IMG/VR virus record: IMGVR_UViG_3300006919_000235
Coordinates: 1 to 31,895 of that record
Reading direction: 5' to 3' (one strand)
From: a virus
Taxonomy: Duplodnaviria > Caudoviricetes
Length of the DNA: 31,895 bases
This document shows positions 8,370 through 19,909 of the stretch, piece after piece (positions within the stretch are counted from its first letter, which is position 1; the number at the start of each line of letters is the position of its first letter). The position numbers and the translations under genes were made by a program. The notes under the pieces are model-generated. The model had not been told where the DNA came from, made no database searches, and was given only the letters and a program-made list of their open reading frames with translations.

Positions 8370-11300
8370 ATGCCAGATTTAAGTGAGTTAAGAAAAGGCT
8401 TAAACTTAGAACAAAAAGTAGAAAAACAATTTGAAGATAATTTAAAAGGAATTTCTACACAAACACCTACACAGATACCTAGTTCTCCTATAGGTCAAAC
8501 ACCTGTACAACAATCTGGTGGTATGATTGGTGCTAGACGTATTGAAGTAGATGAAAAGAATATGTTTGAAAACCTTGGTTCTGGATTATGGGACTTTGGT
8601 AGAGAAGCTGGAGAATCATTTGTAGATTTAGCATTAGGAGGAATACCAAGTGCCGTGAGTGATTGGGACCCAGCAGAAGGTGCATCTGATAGTTTAGGTG
8701 GTAAATTAGGACAAGCGGTAGGTAGTGCAGCTGGATTTTTAGTACCATTTAAATATGGTGCACAGGTTATGCGTGGTGTAGGTAGAGCATTTGCTGGACA
8801 AAAAAGTGCTACTAACGTTGCAAAAAGTATTACTAAAGATATTGAAAATGTTTTATCAAAGAAAGGTGCTATAAAATTTGGTAAAAAAGGAGAATTAGCA
8901 GATGGTATTAGTAAAACTGATGACATCATTGAATCATTTAAAAAACACGTATTAGACCCTGCATTAATTAATCCTATTAAAGGATTTGATGGAGCGTTTC
9001 AAACAGTAACAAAGCGTAATGAGTTTTCAAAACAAATTATGGATAACGCTTATAAAATGATAGATGATTTGGCTATGCAAAAAGGATTTAGAATTGATAA
9101 AGGTGTAGCAGAAAAAGCAATTAATTCTATTGTAAAAGATGCTTGGAAAGCGGTTGATGGTGTTCCTATTACTAGTATGCAATCACTTATTGCACAAAAT
9201 TTACATAGATTTATTCCATTTAATATGATGCAACAAGGCGGTAAAGTCGCAAACCTATATGGTCATTTAGGTGAAGAAGCGTTATTGTTTGCTGGTGTAG
9301 AAAATTTAATGCACGGAATTGATGTATTAGGTGGTAAGTTTGTTACAGGCGATGAAGTAGAAGCTGATTTTGGCGGAACAACAAAACACGCACTTATGAT
9401 GGGACATTTATTAGGTGCAGTAAGATTTGTTCCTGGCGGTGTTAGAGGTGGTATGTTACCATTAATGCGTGGTAATGGTGCGCAACGTATAGAACGTATA
9501 TTAAAAGCTAGTAAAAACCATTCTTCTACAATTGATGTTACTACTAAAAAAGGACAACAAGCGATTTATGACCAATATAATTTATTAGCAAACATTAAAG
9601 ATGATGCATATACAGGTGGTCCTATTGCATTAGACTTAAAGAATTTTGTAAAAAAACATCCATTATGGAATAGAATAGATGATGAAGCGGCTTCTACGCA
9701 AACATTTAGAGATATTATAATGAACAAATCACGTGGTAAAAAAGCATTACAACAAAAAGAAGATGCAACAATTATTATGCGTGATGCATTAAGAGATTTA
9801 AATAGACAAGTACAAGGTCAATGGAGAAAGAAGTTTGTAGCTGAGTTTGGAAAAGATATATTACAATCTACTCCTAGAATGGTATTAGGTGGTTATACAA
9901 TGGGTGGTATGAATGAAGTATTCTTAAATCCAAATATACCATTTGAAGATAAATTAATTAGTTTTATGACTGGTGCATTCTTAATGAAACACGGAAAAGA
10001 ACTACAATATAAAAATATTAATGGTAGTTATGAAGGAATGCAAGTATTAGGGTTTAAAGCTCACGGAGAATTTCCTAAAAAATTATTAGCACAAGAACAA
10101 TTAATGAATGCATTTGGTACTTCTATGAAGAATAGTCCTGAATGGTCTAATATTTATGTTAAAGCGTTAATTGAAACTGAAATACCTTCTATTGTACGTA
10201 ATCAAACACCAGAAAATTTAGAAACTTTAAATAGTATTCACGATATGGTAATTGCAGGTGGAAAAGGTAATGTAGGATTTACTACTGTAAAAAGTTTAGA
10301 TGTAAAACCAAAAGAAAATAATCAAATTAAAAATGATTCTCAGTATGAAAGTATTTATAATGAGATTATACACCAAGAATCTACAAACATCAAACGTGCG
10401 GCTCACGAAACAGAAATATTAAAATCTAAAAAAGAAAGACGATTTAAAGTTTGGAGTGAATTAACAAAAGCTGAAAAAAATAGATTTGTTAAAAGTGCTG
10501 ATAAAGAAGGATTAATGACTCGTTTAGATGTCTATGATAGATTTAATGATGCAAATGCTGTATTTATTAATGAGTTAAGAGATTTATTAGATGTTAATGC
10601 TACTAATTTAGCTGATGTATTTGGAGATGTAGGATTGTATACTAAGATACCTAATAGCTCACGTATAGAATTTAGACAAATTCGTATCAAATTATCAGGA
10701 GAACAACGTAAACAATTAGATGCTAGAACAGAAGCGGCTATTGATGGATACAATGAATTAGTAAACCTAATTACTTCAGAAGGTGTACATACAAAATCCA
10801 GCACTCCTTGGGAATTAACTGGTGATAAATTTGATAGCGGTAAAATGCAAGAACTATTAGCAACCTATAAACAAGGATTAGGTGAACTTAATGGTCGTTT
10901 AAAATTAAATGAAATTAGACAACAAGTAGACTACTCTACTGAAACATTAACAGATGCATTTAGATTTTTAGACTTACATAATGCAATTAGAACTGCTGCT
11001 GGTCCTAATGGATTAAAAAACATATTTGATACAAATGCAGAATTTGCTGATGTATTTATGGATGCAGATACAGCATTAAATGTTGTAGGTAATTTTGTAG
11101 TATCAAGAGGTAGAAATAGAGATAGACAATTAGAACATCAAATGAACGCTATCTTAAAAACTATTCGTCAAATGCATTCTAATTTAGACCCAGCATTAGG
11201 AAGTGCTAGTACTAAAACCATTACACAAGAACAAGCTAGATTTGTTATAAACACTCTTGAAAATGTTGGTATACACGCATTTAGCGGTGTATTAAAAAGA

Positions 11301-14300
11301 AATAATAGTTCCTTAAGTATTACAGAAATGGGCAAACAAGTAGCACAACGATACAATATAGAGCGTTTACGTAATAGCACAAAGAATAATGGTGAGCGTA
11401 TAGATGTAGAAGACATTGGCGTATTACAAGCATTAGAAGATTTTGGTATTACGAAAAACTTTACATTACGTTCTGTGTCTAGAGTATTGTTTGATGTCAA
11501 AACAGAAGGTTGGTTAGATAAAGCAAATACGGATGGTATTGAAGCAACTATTGAATCATTAAAACAACAAGGAGTTACCGAAAATAATGTAGGGATATTA
11601 GATGCATTATTGTCTATGCAAAAATTAGTAGAAAGAGGAACTTTAAAAGCAAATGAAGCTCCAGGGTTTTTTGATGATGTATTAGCGGCGTTACAAGGAA
11701 TTATTAGACCATATGAAATTAATCCAGTAAATAGCAAAGGTGAACCTGTAAGAAAAATTGATGGTAAAGATGTTATTAGTGGTGCTGGTGTATTAAATAG
11801 AAGTGGTGGTAATAAGTACGAAACTGGTATTACACCAGCAAAACTTTTAGAATTGAAGAATCATATTGAAACTATTAGAACAGAAGGTTTAACAAACGAA
11901 ACACAACGATTTATAAATGATATTACTGAGTCTATTGCTCGTACAGAAAATATGACTAATAAGCGTTTTAGATTGTTAATACTAAATTTAATGGGACAAG
12001 GTTCACGATTCAATTACAAGAGTGCTACAGAAGTATATACATTAGCACAAGAATTAAAGTTATACAATCCTAAAGGAGATAAGAAGTTTGCAGACGAAGA
12101 TTGGAGTGCTGAAACTATTAAAGAGTATAGTGAAAAGTTAGTCAATAGATTAAATCGTAATTTTAAAGATGAAAACAAAGCAATTGATGAAGTGTTAAGA
12201 AATGATAAATTCTTTGAAAAAGATTTTCCTGAACCAAAAGATGTTAAGCTAACTGATATTCTAAATAAGTATGATTTTGCTGAAGGTAGTAGATTTAAAT
12301 TGCCACCTGAAGCTGGTAGAACTACTGCAGACCACGTACAATATATGCAACGAATTTTAGAAGATGTATATAATAAAGACTACGATTTATTTATAAAAGA
12401 TTTCCAAAAAGATTTAGGAAAAGCAAAGATTGTAGATAGGGATAATGCTCCTAAAGAAATAGACATACAAGAAGCTACTATTGCTTTAAGTCAATTTATA
12501 CAAACAAAAAATAAACAAATTAAAGTAGTACGTTATGATTGGAATGGTCAAGAAAATAAAAATGTATTAACCTCAGAAGATTTAATACAAGAACCTATTG
12601 TAGTACAAATACTTCGTGGCGCTCAATCAGAATTTGGTAAAGAAGTAAATATTTTACAAGGTAAGGGAATTAATGATAAAGGTAATAGACAAACATTATC
12701 TGATGCTGGATTGCGTAATAATGCATTAGAAAACTTATTCCAAGGAACTTATGCTTCAATAGATAAAGCATTTGCTATTAGCGATATTTTTAAAACAAAA
12801 GAACAACTTGAATGGGAATCTGTAAACTCTTTTAATCCAGATGTAAACGCAAATCAATCATTTATTGCATTTCGTTGGGGAAAACAAGAGTATGCTTATC
12901 TTATCAAATCAGATAAAATAAACTTAGATGCAATTGCTAACAACTATGTAAAAATGTTAGATGCAAGATTAAAAGCAAATAAAGATGTTAATATAGATAG
13001 AAATAAATTATTAGAAGAAGTAAACATTAAAGAAATATCAGAAGGTGTTTATGAATGGAACATAGGTAATGATACAACATTAGCTACAGAAAATATGCAC
13101 AAAGTAATGAATGATTTAATCTATGATAGAATTATTGGTCAACGTTACTGGAATGAAAATATGCGTACGTTTGAAGGAAAAAATTTAAATGGATTACTAA
13201 AACGTGCATCATTGTTTAACAACATAAGTGCAGTAAGTCAAACAGATGCGTTAATTAAAATGCATTTGAATGCCTTAAAGCGTAAAGGACCTAGAGGAAA
13301 GTATGAAATTACTTTTGAGGGTAAAGAAGATGTTATAGAAGTATTATCTGATTTAGCTAATACAAAGAAACGCTGGAAACAAGTTACCGTAGCTGATGAA
13401 GTAATTGATGGTATTGATGTAAAGAACTCAGTAATAGAGCAAATTAGACAAGATATTGCTGAATTAAAAGCTGAAAATAAAACATTAGGCGATAAAGCTG
13501 AAAAAGAATTTAACGAATTAATAGATAGTAAAAAATTTTCTGATGCATCAGATGTAAATGGTATTACGTTTGTAAGCGAAAAAGTATATAAAGCACTAGC
13601 ATATTTAGCTGGGGAAACTGATTTTACAAGAGTAGGTGGTATTAAACCTATCATATTAGGTACAGGTGCTAATCAACAATTATTTGTAAACAAAACAGCT
13701 ATGGTAAATAATCCTAGAATAAAATCTATATTTGATGCAAATCAAGATGTAGCTTGGTTAACTTTTACTAGTGCTAGTAAACAAATAGGTGCATCTAGAG
13801 AAATTAACTTACTTCGTGCTGAAGATGTATTGAAACCAGGTTTTGTTATTGACAATGCGTTTAAACAAACTATTTTACCAGAAAACATTAATATTATTAG
13901 TACAAAGAAAAGTAAAGAATATGCAACATTATCTATTAATCATACTTCACATTTAAATACTAAAGAATCTAGAAAAGCATATTACTTGCAATATGTAGAA
14001 CCAAAAGTAACTAAAATTAAACAAGCAATTAGCGACTTTAAAGACCCAAGTAAATCTAATTGGACAAAAGCATATTTTAAAAGTTTAATGAATCAACGTG
14101 CAGAAACACGATTAAGCTTAGGACAAGAGATGTTATCTAGTGAAGGTATTATGGCGGCATTTGCTCGTAATAATGTACTACCAACTATTATGACTAGACA
14201 ATGGGAAAATATGATTAAAAACAATCTAGTAGATGATATGTTTAAAATTAAAACTGTAGGTGGTAATGCGGTATTATCTCCAACAGACTTTGGCGTAAAA

Positions 14301-17204
14301 GATATATATAGCGGTGAACGATTAAAGAATACATTAATTGTCGGTGAAAAGATTTATAATTTTGGTGAAGCTGAAATACCATATCTTGATGGTTTAAAAC
14401 CTATTGATTGGAAAAATGAAAATGTAAATTTAATTCAAAGAGTTAAAGGTGATTATGATAAAGTGATAGATGTATTTGCCTCAGAAAATAGTAAAATTAA
14501 ACAAGCGCTAGAAAAAGAAGGTATTAATCAAAACTCTTCATTAAATGACTTACAACAAGCGGTATATAAACTGGGTAAAGGTAAAGGTGAATATCAAGTA
14601 GCATTAGCTGTAGAACGTAATCCACATACAAAACCAAGTAGTGTAATGGTAGTAGGGTTAAAAGGATTCTTAAGTAAAGATATGTCTAATCAGTTTAATT
14701 TAAATAGTGTAGATGTTAAAAGAGCGGCTGAAGGAGACTTTGATATTGATACCGTAAACTATTGGTGGAACTCAAATAAAAACACATTAAGTGAATATGT
14801 TAAAGGTCGTGAAATGATACAAGATTCACAACCGCTTCCTAAAGAAGGTGGTTTGATGAACTATGAAGGATTACAAAACACAGCTGAAAGTATACAAAAA
14901 TATATGGCATACGAACAAAATGCTATGTATCTACGTGGTTCTTTAATGAATGCTAATAGAATTGTACAATATTTCTTAAGTAACCAAACTACAAGAAAAC
15001 AAAAATTTATTGATAGTGAAACTGGTAAATCAGCACGTGTAGTATTTGAGTTTGGTGAAGGAGCAAATAAAAGATATATTACTATTAGACAAGGAGCTTC
15101 TTTAAAGAAAGTATATCAAAAGATTGCAGACTATAATCAAGCAATACTTGACTATGAAAATGGATATAATCGTAATAAGTTTAGCGACAAGCAAAGTATT
15201 ATGGACGATATATTCTTTAATGCAAAAGACGGATTTTTTGTACAAGCAAAATTAATTACTACAAGACAAAAAGTACAAGGAAAACAAATAGAAACATCTG
15301 AACTTACAAGATTAGAAAATGCAAAGATTGATTCTAAAGATAAAGAAATTATTACAAAAGCATTAATACGTCCATACGAACAAATACTAAAACTATCTAA
15401 TAAGATTTATAAAGATGGTGAATCTAAAAGTGTAGGATGGAGAGACTTAGTATCTCAAGCAGAAGAATTTAATTATGCTATGAATCGTGCACAGTATTAT
15501 GCAAACAACTTAAATGGAAAAAAATGGAATAGTCAGGATATAGACTACTTTGGTGGATTTGCACAAGATGCTCGTTTAACAAATACATCTAAAACATCTG
15601 AGAACTTTATGCATCACGATAGAGTATTAGCTGAAATTATGCATATGAAAAATATTCAGTTTAGACCTGTAGGTAGAAAAGACAAATCAGAAACTATACC
15701 TTTTGCTGATGAAATAGCTGAATTAACTAATATGCCAATTAATGATATGGGTGATGCTATTGCACAATTCAACAGTAATTTTAAAAATGATGCAAGAAGT
15801 ATACAGGTAGCAAATGAAATACAAAATAGAATAGACAAACTAAAAAGAATACGTTCTAAACAAGCTAGTATTAAAGGTCAAGGTAATTATGATTCTTATA
15901 ATTATTATGATAGACAAATTAACAAATTAATAAAAGCAAAAGATGGTATATTAAATAACTTAGTAATCTATAAACCTGGTATGGATAAAAAAGGATTTCC
16001 AATTACAAATAAAGATTATGATGCTATTCGAAATGCTAGAATTAAATCAGAAGTATTTAAAGAAAAAACAAATCTTAAAAAAGATGCATTAACAAAAGAA
16101 GAATTTGATGCCGTTGTAAAACGTGTAGATAAAGACCTACAAGACAAAGGTATGCAGATAGATACTGTAAGAGATTCTGATATGATTAATACATTAGCTC
16201 TTATGGAAGGATTTGGATTCTATGGATATAAAGTAGGTGCAGAAATAGGATTTGCTAAGAATGAAGGACAATATAAATATATTGAATCTAAAATTAGAGA
16301 AATTAAACAAGATTATAATGCGGCTTGGCAAGAATTTTTTGCTAAAGATAAAGTAAGATGGCGTACTGAAAATGAAATTAAAGATTGGTTTTATAATCAG
16401 ATAGATAGTTTTTTACAAGGATTAGATTCTCAACAACAAACTTGGTTTATGTTGCGATTAATGACACCTGAAATGGATACTTCAACACTTGTAAATTATA
16501 ATGGTAGTTTTTTCTTTAAACCAACTACAACAAATGTAGAAAAATTTATTAACCTAGGATTAGGATATATGATAGACTCACAAACAAATAGTGCTTCTAT
16601 GGTAAAATTTGACACAATGCAAGTAGATGCATTCGTCAAAGGAATTGGTCGTAGTTATGAATATGTATACAATAGACTACATAATAGAGAAACAGATATT
16701 AAAGCATTAAATGAAGCTACAGGTAAAGATGTAGAACATTCATTCTTTGTAGAACCATTTGAAATTGCAACAGGACATAGTAAAGCGGAACTTGTAGATG
16801 CATTCTATCCTGGCACAGCTAGTAAAATGAGAGAACAAATGGAGTTTAGTAAGTTAGATGAATATAGTAGATTACAAAGTATGTTTGGTGTAGGTATGAT
16901 TAGAGATATTATTACCAATGGTAAAGAACTACAACTACCAACACACGTAATTACACGTATGAGTATGTATGGTAGACATATGCAACTTAATGGTATAGAA
17001 GGATTGCGTAGAGCTCAAGAAATGGACGATGCATTGTTCTTGTATCAAAAAGATAAAGGTAGTATATTTAACACTAGTGATACTATGTCTGGAGGTAGCT
17101 ATAATGGAGTCGACCATCTTGGTAGAAAGAAATACGGAAACGAACAAGCAAACCCAGAAGATGTTGCTAATAGACATATTGATGAACTAAAGAGGAACTG
17201 TTAA
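8370..17204 (+). CDS. Large single-chain two-barrel (DPBB) RNA polymerase, probable virion-packaged RNAP of the crAss-like type
   Basis: 2944 aa. Metal-binding GDFDID (DFDID at 14736-14750) is preceded by R.P (ERNPH, RNP at 14616-14624). Upstream conserved-Lys segments GGIKP...VNKTA...SASK. Located among ejection genes. Confidence 0.85.
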   Translation: MPDLSELRKGLNLEQKVEKQFEDNLKGISTQTPTQIPSSPIGQTPVQQSGGMIGARRIEVDEKNMFENLGSGLWDFGREAGESFVDLALGGIPSAVSDWDPAEGASDSLGGKLGQAVGSAAGFLVPFKYGAQVMRGVGRAFAGQKSATNVAKSITKDIENVLSKKGAIKFGKKGELADGISKTDDIIESFKKHVLDPALINPIKGFDGAFQTVTKRNEFSKQIMDNAYKMIDDLAMQKGFRIDKGVAEKAINSIVKDAWKAVDGVPITSMQSLIAQNLHRFIPFNMMQQGGKVANLYGHLGEEALLFAGVENLMHGIDVLGGKFVTGDEVEADFGGTTKHALMMGHLLGAVRFVPGGVRGGMLPLMRGNGAQRIERILKASKNHSSTIDVTTKKGQQAIYDQYNLLANIKDDAYTGGPIALDLKNFVKKHPLWNRIDDEAASTQTFRDIIMNKSRGKKALQQKEDATIIMRDALRDLNRQVQGQWRKKFVAEFGKDILQSTPRMVLGGYTMGGMNEVFLNPNIPFEDKLISFMTGAFLMKHGKELQYKNINGSYEGMQVLGFKAHGEFPKKLLAQEQLMNAFGTSMKNSPEWSNIYVKALIETEIPSIVRNQTPENLETLNSIHDMVIAGGKGNVGFTTVKSLDVKPKENNQIKNDSQYESIYNEIIHQESTNIKRAAHETEILKSKKERRFKVWSELTKAEKNRFVKSADKEGLMTRLDVYDRFNDANAVFINELRDLLDVNATNLADVFGDVGLYTKIPNSSRIEFRQIRIKLSGEQRKQLDARTEAAIDGYNELVNLITSEGVHTKSSTPWELTGDKFDSGKMQELLATYKQGLGELNGRLKLNEIRQQVDYSTETLTDAFRFLDLHNAIRTAAGPNGLKNIFDTNAEFADVFMDADTALNVVGNFVVSRGRNRDRQLEHQMNAILKTIRQMHSNLDPALGSASTKTITQEQARFVINTLENVGIHAFSGVLKRNNSSLSITEMGKQVAQRYNIERLRNSTKNNGERIDVEDIGVLQALEDFGITKNFTLRSVSRVLFDVKTEGWLDKANTDGIEATIESLKQQGVTENNVGILDALLSMQKLVERGTLKANEAPGFFDDVLAALQGIIRPYEINPVNSKGEPVRKIDGKDVISGAGVLNRSGGNKYETGITPAKLLELKNHIETIRTEGLTNETQRFINDITESIARTENMTNKRFRLLILNLMGQGSRFNYKSATEVYTLAQELKLYNPKGDKKFADEDWSAETIKEYSEKLVNRLNRNFKDENKAIDEVLRNDKFFEKDFPEPKDVKLTDILNKYDFAEGSRFKLPPEAGRTTADHVQYMQRILEDVYNKDYDLFIKDFQKDLGKAKIVDRDNAPKEIDIQEATIALSQFIQTKNKQIKVVRYDWNGQENKNVLTSEDLIQEPIVVQILRGAQSEFGKEVNILQGKGINDKGNRQTLSDAGLRNNALENLFQGTYASIDKAFAISDIFKTKEQLEWESVNSFNPDVNANQSFIAFRWGKQEYAYLIKSDKINLDAIANNYVKMLDARLKANKDVNIDRNKLLEEVNIKEISEGVYEWNIGNDTTLATENMHKVMNDLIYDRIIGQRYWNENMRTFEGKNLNGLLKRASLFNNISAVSQTDALIKMHLNALKRKGPRGKYEITFEGKEDVIEVLSDLANTKKRWKQVTVADEVIDGIDVKNSVIEQIRQDIAELKAENKTLGDKAEKEFNELIDSKKFSDASDVNGITFVSEKVYKALAYLAGETDFTRVGGIKPIILGTGANQQLFVNKTAMVNNPRIKSIFDANQDVAWLTFTSASKQIGASREINLLRAEDVLKPGFVIDNAFKQTILPENINIISTKKSKEYATLSINHTSHLNTKESRKAYYLQYVEPKVTKIKQAISDFKDPSKSNWTKAYFKSLMNQRAETRLSLGQEMLSSEGIMAAFARNNVLPTIMTRQWENMIKNNLVDDMFKIKTVGGNAVLSPTDFGVKDIYSGERLKNTLIVGEKIYNFGEAEIPYLDGLKPIDWKNENVNLIQRVKGDYDKVIDVFASENSKIKQALEKEGINQNSSLNDLQQAVYKLGKGKGEYQVALAVERNPHTKPSSVMVVGLKGFLSKDMSNQFNLNSVDVKRAAEGDFDIDTVNYWWNSNKNTLSEYVKGREMIQDSQPLPKEGGLMNYEGLQNTAESIQKYMAYEQNAMYLRGSLMNANRIVQYFLSNQTTRKQKFIDSETGKSARVVFEFGEGANKRYITIRQGASLKKVYQKIADYNQAILDYENGYNRNKFSDKQSIMDDIFFNAKDGFFVQAKLITTRQKVQGKQIETSELTRLENAKIDSKDKEIITKALIRPYEQILKLSNKIYKDGESKSVGWRDLVSQAEEFNYAMNRAQYYANNLNGKKWNSQDIDYFGGFAQDARLTNTSKTSENFMHHDRVLAEIMHMKNIQFRPVGRKDKSETIPFADEIAELTNMPINDMGDAIAQFNSNFKNDARSIQVANEIQNRIDKLKRIRSKQASIKGQGNYDSYNYYDRQINKLIKAKDGILNNLVIYKPGMDKKGFPITNKDYDAIRNARIKSEVFKEKTNLKKDALTKEEFDAVVKRVDKDLQDKGMQIDTVRDSDMINTLALMEGFGFYGYKVGAEIGFAKNEGQYKYIESKIREIKQDYNAAWQEFFAKDKVRWRTENEIKDWFYNQIDSFLQGLDSQQQTWFMLRLMTPEMDTSTLVNYNGSFFFKPTTTNVEKFINLGLGYMIDSQTNSASMVKFDTMQVDAFVKGIGRSYEYVYNRLHNRETDIKALNEATGKDVEHSFFVEPFEIATGHSKAELVDAFYPGTASKMREQMEFSKLDEYSRLQSMFGVGMIRDIITNGKELQLPTHVITRMSMYGRHMQLNGIEGLRRAQEMDDALFLYQKDKGSIFNTSDTMSGGSYNGVDHLGRKKYGNEQANPEDVANRHIDELKRNC

Positions 17205-19909
17205 TGGCTGAATGTAAATATCCCTCACAACAAAGAGAAAAAGATGCAATGGCGTATAGAAAGATTGCACAAGATTTTCAAAGCAAATCAGTAATTCAAC
17301 AATTTGGTTCACATTCTGCTGATATGTTTAATCGTTTAGTACATCAAGTAACTAATGGTGAATCACGAGTACCATACACAGAAGAATTAAAGTTATTAAA
17401 ACGATTAACAGATAGAACTGTAAAAAATGTTGGCACTACAAGAGGTAAGTTTGCTGAGTATATGTATTTGCCACAAGAGCTGTATAAAGATATACCATTT
17501 GTTGCTGATTGGTTTAAAGATGTACAAAAGTCCAATGAGTTTATGAAAGGTCAAACTTCTATGTCAAACGAAGGACTAAATAGAATCTTGCGTTTGTTAA
17601 AAGGGGATGCATTAATTGAAGGTGCTAAAGTAAGTGATAAAGTAAAATTTACTAAAGCACAAAAAGAATTAAAAAAATTGTATGGGGAATATAATAAATT
17701 AAGAAGAGAAGGAAAAGATGGTGAAGCTGATAGATTGTATCACGGTGAAATAGCTGAGTTTATGAAACAAGGTGAAGGAAAAGTGTTACAACAATTTCAC
17801 GAACTAGCATCTGCGCCTAAAGAAAGAACAGCAAATGACAGTAGAAAAACATATGACGAGTTATTAAAAACAGGTCAATATTCTAATAATGTCAAAGCGG
17901 CTGCAGAAGTATGGCGTAATCAATTACAACCAGAATCAACAAGATTAATGATACAAGGTATTAATAATATGTTATATGGATTAAAAAATAACAATCCTAT
18001 AATGAAAGATTTACCTGGTTTTAATGAAACTATACAAAAACTAGAAAGTGTAAGAGATAGATTTAAAGATGCTGATTTGCAACGTAATGGATATTTTCCT
18101 GTATTAAGTTTAGATATATTTCCTTCATTGTCTAAAGCGGCACAAAAGTTAGCTCTTGCAAGTAAACCTAAACAAGTAAAAGAAGCTACAGATATTATAG
18201 ATAATTTAGAAAAAGTATTAAACGAAAACATTTATATCAATAGAAACTTAACAGACTCTACGCCAATGCACGAGCGTATTAATTATAATGTATTTCCTAT
18301 TATGCAATCATATGCTAATAATGCAATACGATTTAATTACAATGCATTTAATACTAGAAAGTATATGGATGTAATGAAAGATATAATGGAAACACAATTA
18401 AGAGGTGATAACAAACAAGTAGAAGCAAAATTAAACTTTTTAAAGAATTATGTATCTGATAGTTATTCTGATATTGTAGGAACACGATTTGAAAATCCTA
18501 CTATGGGAACACAACTATCAAGAATGATTACCAGTTTAGAGTTTGCAAGTAAGTTAGGATTAAATATTAGAGGTGCGGTTCGTAATAGTACACAAAGTTT
18601 ATTTAACTATATTTGGTTTGGCGGAAATGGAATTAAACAAGCTAGAGAAATTTATAAAGATACAGATATGATGGCTCGTATTAATGAAGGGCTAAAAAAT
18701 AATGGTGTATTGTTTCCTGAGATTACAGATATTTATGGTAGTATGAAGTTCACTCGTACAGAATATAACGAAAGAACAAAAACATATGAAGAAGTTATAG
18801 ATGTGTCTATGGGCGATAGAATAGGAGACCAAATACAAAAGACTGCTGAAACATTAGGTAAACCTATGACTTGGGTTGAAAATAATATTAATCGTAGATG
18901 GACATTTAAAATAGGTTATGCATTATCTTGGAAAGCTATTGAATCTAATTTACAAATGTATCAAAATAGATTTGAACGTGTATTACAAAGAGATTTAAAA
19001 AGAGAAGGTAGAGAAGAGACTGTAGAAGAATTACGTAATAGTAAAGATAGAAACAGAAAGATATTTAAAGAAGGCGATGCTACTGAATATGAATTTAGAT
19101 TTGAACAATATAAAAGAAAAGTAGCTGAAGCTGAAGGTAATGCCGCTACTAGAAATTTACATTTTGATTATTCGCCTCTTGCAAAAGCAAAAATTATGCG
19201 TGGTCCAATAGGAGCAATATTAACACAGTTCCAACATTATGGATTTAACTTTTTTAATCTACAAAGAAAAATTGTAAGAGATGGTACTGACGCTGTATTT
19301 ACTAAACAATGGAATAGTGAACCTGCTTGGAGAATGTATCGTTTAGGATTAACTTATTTAGCAATCAATGGTGTTATGGCTCCATTATTAAATATGGATT
19401 TAGGGAACCTTGTACAAAATGATACTTGGGAAAGAATAAAATCATATCACGATGTAGTAGCTGGTGATGAAGAAACTCGTAAAAGAGCATTTTTTGGTAA
19501 AGGTCCTATTATAGGTACATTTGGTGGTCCGTTTGTATCAGACGCCGTATCGATAGGAAACATTATGGGATTCTATAATATGGATGAAGATTCTGCATTA
19601 GCATTTATGGCTGGATACCAAGATATGTCTGAGTTATCTGGTAATGAAAAAATGTCTGAAGCTGTTAAAGTATTAAACACACAAACACATCGTCTGTTTA
19701 CTAACACTATACCTAAATGGTCTAAAGGAATTAATAGCTTTACATTATTACAGGGTGAATTAGGATTATATCCTAGAAGTGAAACTCGTAAAAAACAAAT
19801 TGTACAACCAGCTGTTCAAAAATTATATGGTTTAGATAAAGAAAAACCTAAAAAAGTACAGCGATATGATTATAATAAAGCTGTAATGGAAGCACTAGAT
19901 AAGCTATAA
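17204..19909 (+). CDS. Large ejection/DNA-delivery protein
   Basis: 901 aa helical protein TAATG-coupled to the RNAP; SKLGLN...RN..Q and LTQFQHYGFN segments plus hydrophobic C-terminal helices typical of last-in-operon ejection proteins. Confidence 0.5.
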   Translation: MAECKYPSQQREKDAMAYRKIAQDFQSKSVIQQFGSHSADMFNRLVHQVTNGESRVPYTEELKLLKRLTDRTVKNVGTTRGKFAEYMYLPQELYKDIPFVADWFKDVQKSNEFMKGQTSMSNEGLNRILRLLKGDALIEGAKVSDKVKFTKAQKELKKLYGEYNKLRREGKDGEADRLYHGEIAEFMKQGEGKVLQQFHELASAPKERTANDSRKTYDELLKTGQYSNNVKAAAEVWRNQLQPESTRLMIQGINNMLYGLKNNNPIMKDLPGFNETIQKLESVRDRFKDADLQRNGYFPVLSLDIFPSLSKAAQKLALASKPKQVKEATDIIDNLEKVLNENIYINRNLTDSTPMHERINYNVFPIMQSYANNAIRFNYNAFNTRKYMDVMKDIMETQLRGDNKQVEAKLNFLKNYVSDSYSDIVGTRFENPTMGTQLSRMITSLEFASKLGLNIRGAVRNSTQSLFNYIWFGGNGIKQAREIYKDTDMMARINEGLKNNGVLFPEITDIYGSMKFTRTEYNERTKTYEEVIDVSMGDRIGDQIQKTAETLGKPMTWVENNINRRWTFKIGYALSWKAIESNLQMYQNRFERVLQRDLKREGREETVEELRNSKDRNRKIFKEGDATEYEFRFEQYKRKVAEAEGNAATRNLHFDYSPLAKAKIMRGPIGAILTQFQHYGFNFFNLQRKIVRDGTDAVFTKQWNSEPAWRMYRLGLTYLAINGVMAPLLNMDLGNLVQNDTWERIKSYHDVVAGDEETRKRAFFGKGPIIGTFGGPFVSDAVSIGNIMGFYNMDEDSALAFMAGYQDMSELSGNEKMSEAVKVLNTQTHRLFTNTIPKWSKGINSFTLLQGELGLYPRSETRKKQIVQPAVQKLYGLDKEKPKKVQRYDYNKAVMEALDKL

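Noticed and set aside
515-18231. Minus-strand ORFs inside the structural block (e.g. 515-835 poly-Pro, 11168-11737)
   Set aside because: Antisense shadows of + strand genes with no RBS or motifs; the poly-Pro is the reverse of the poly-Gly codons.
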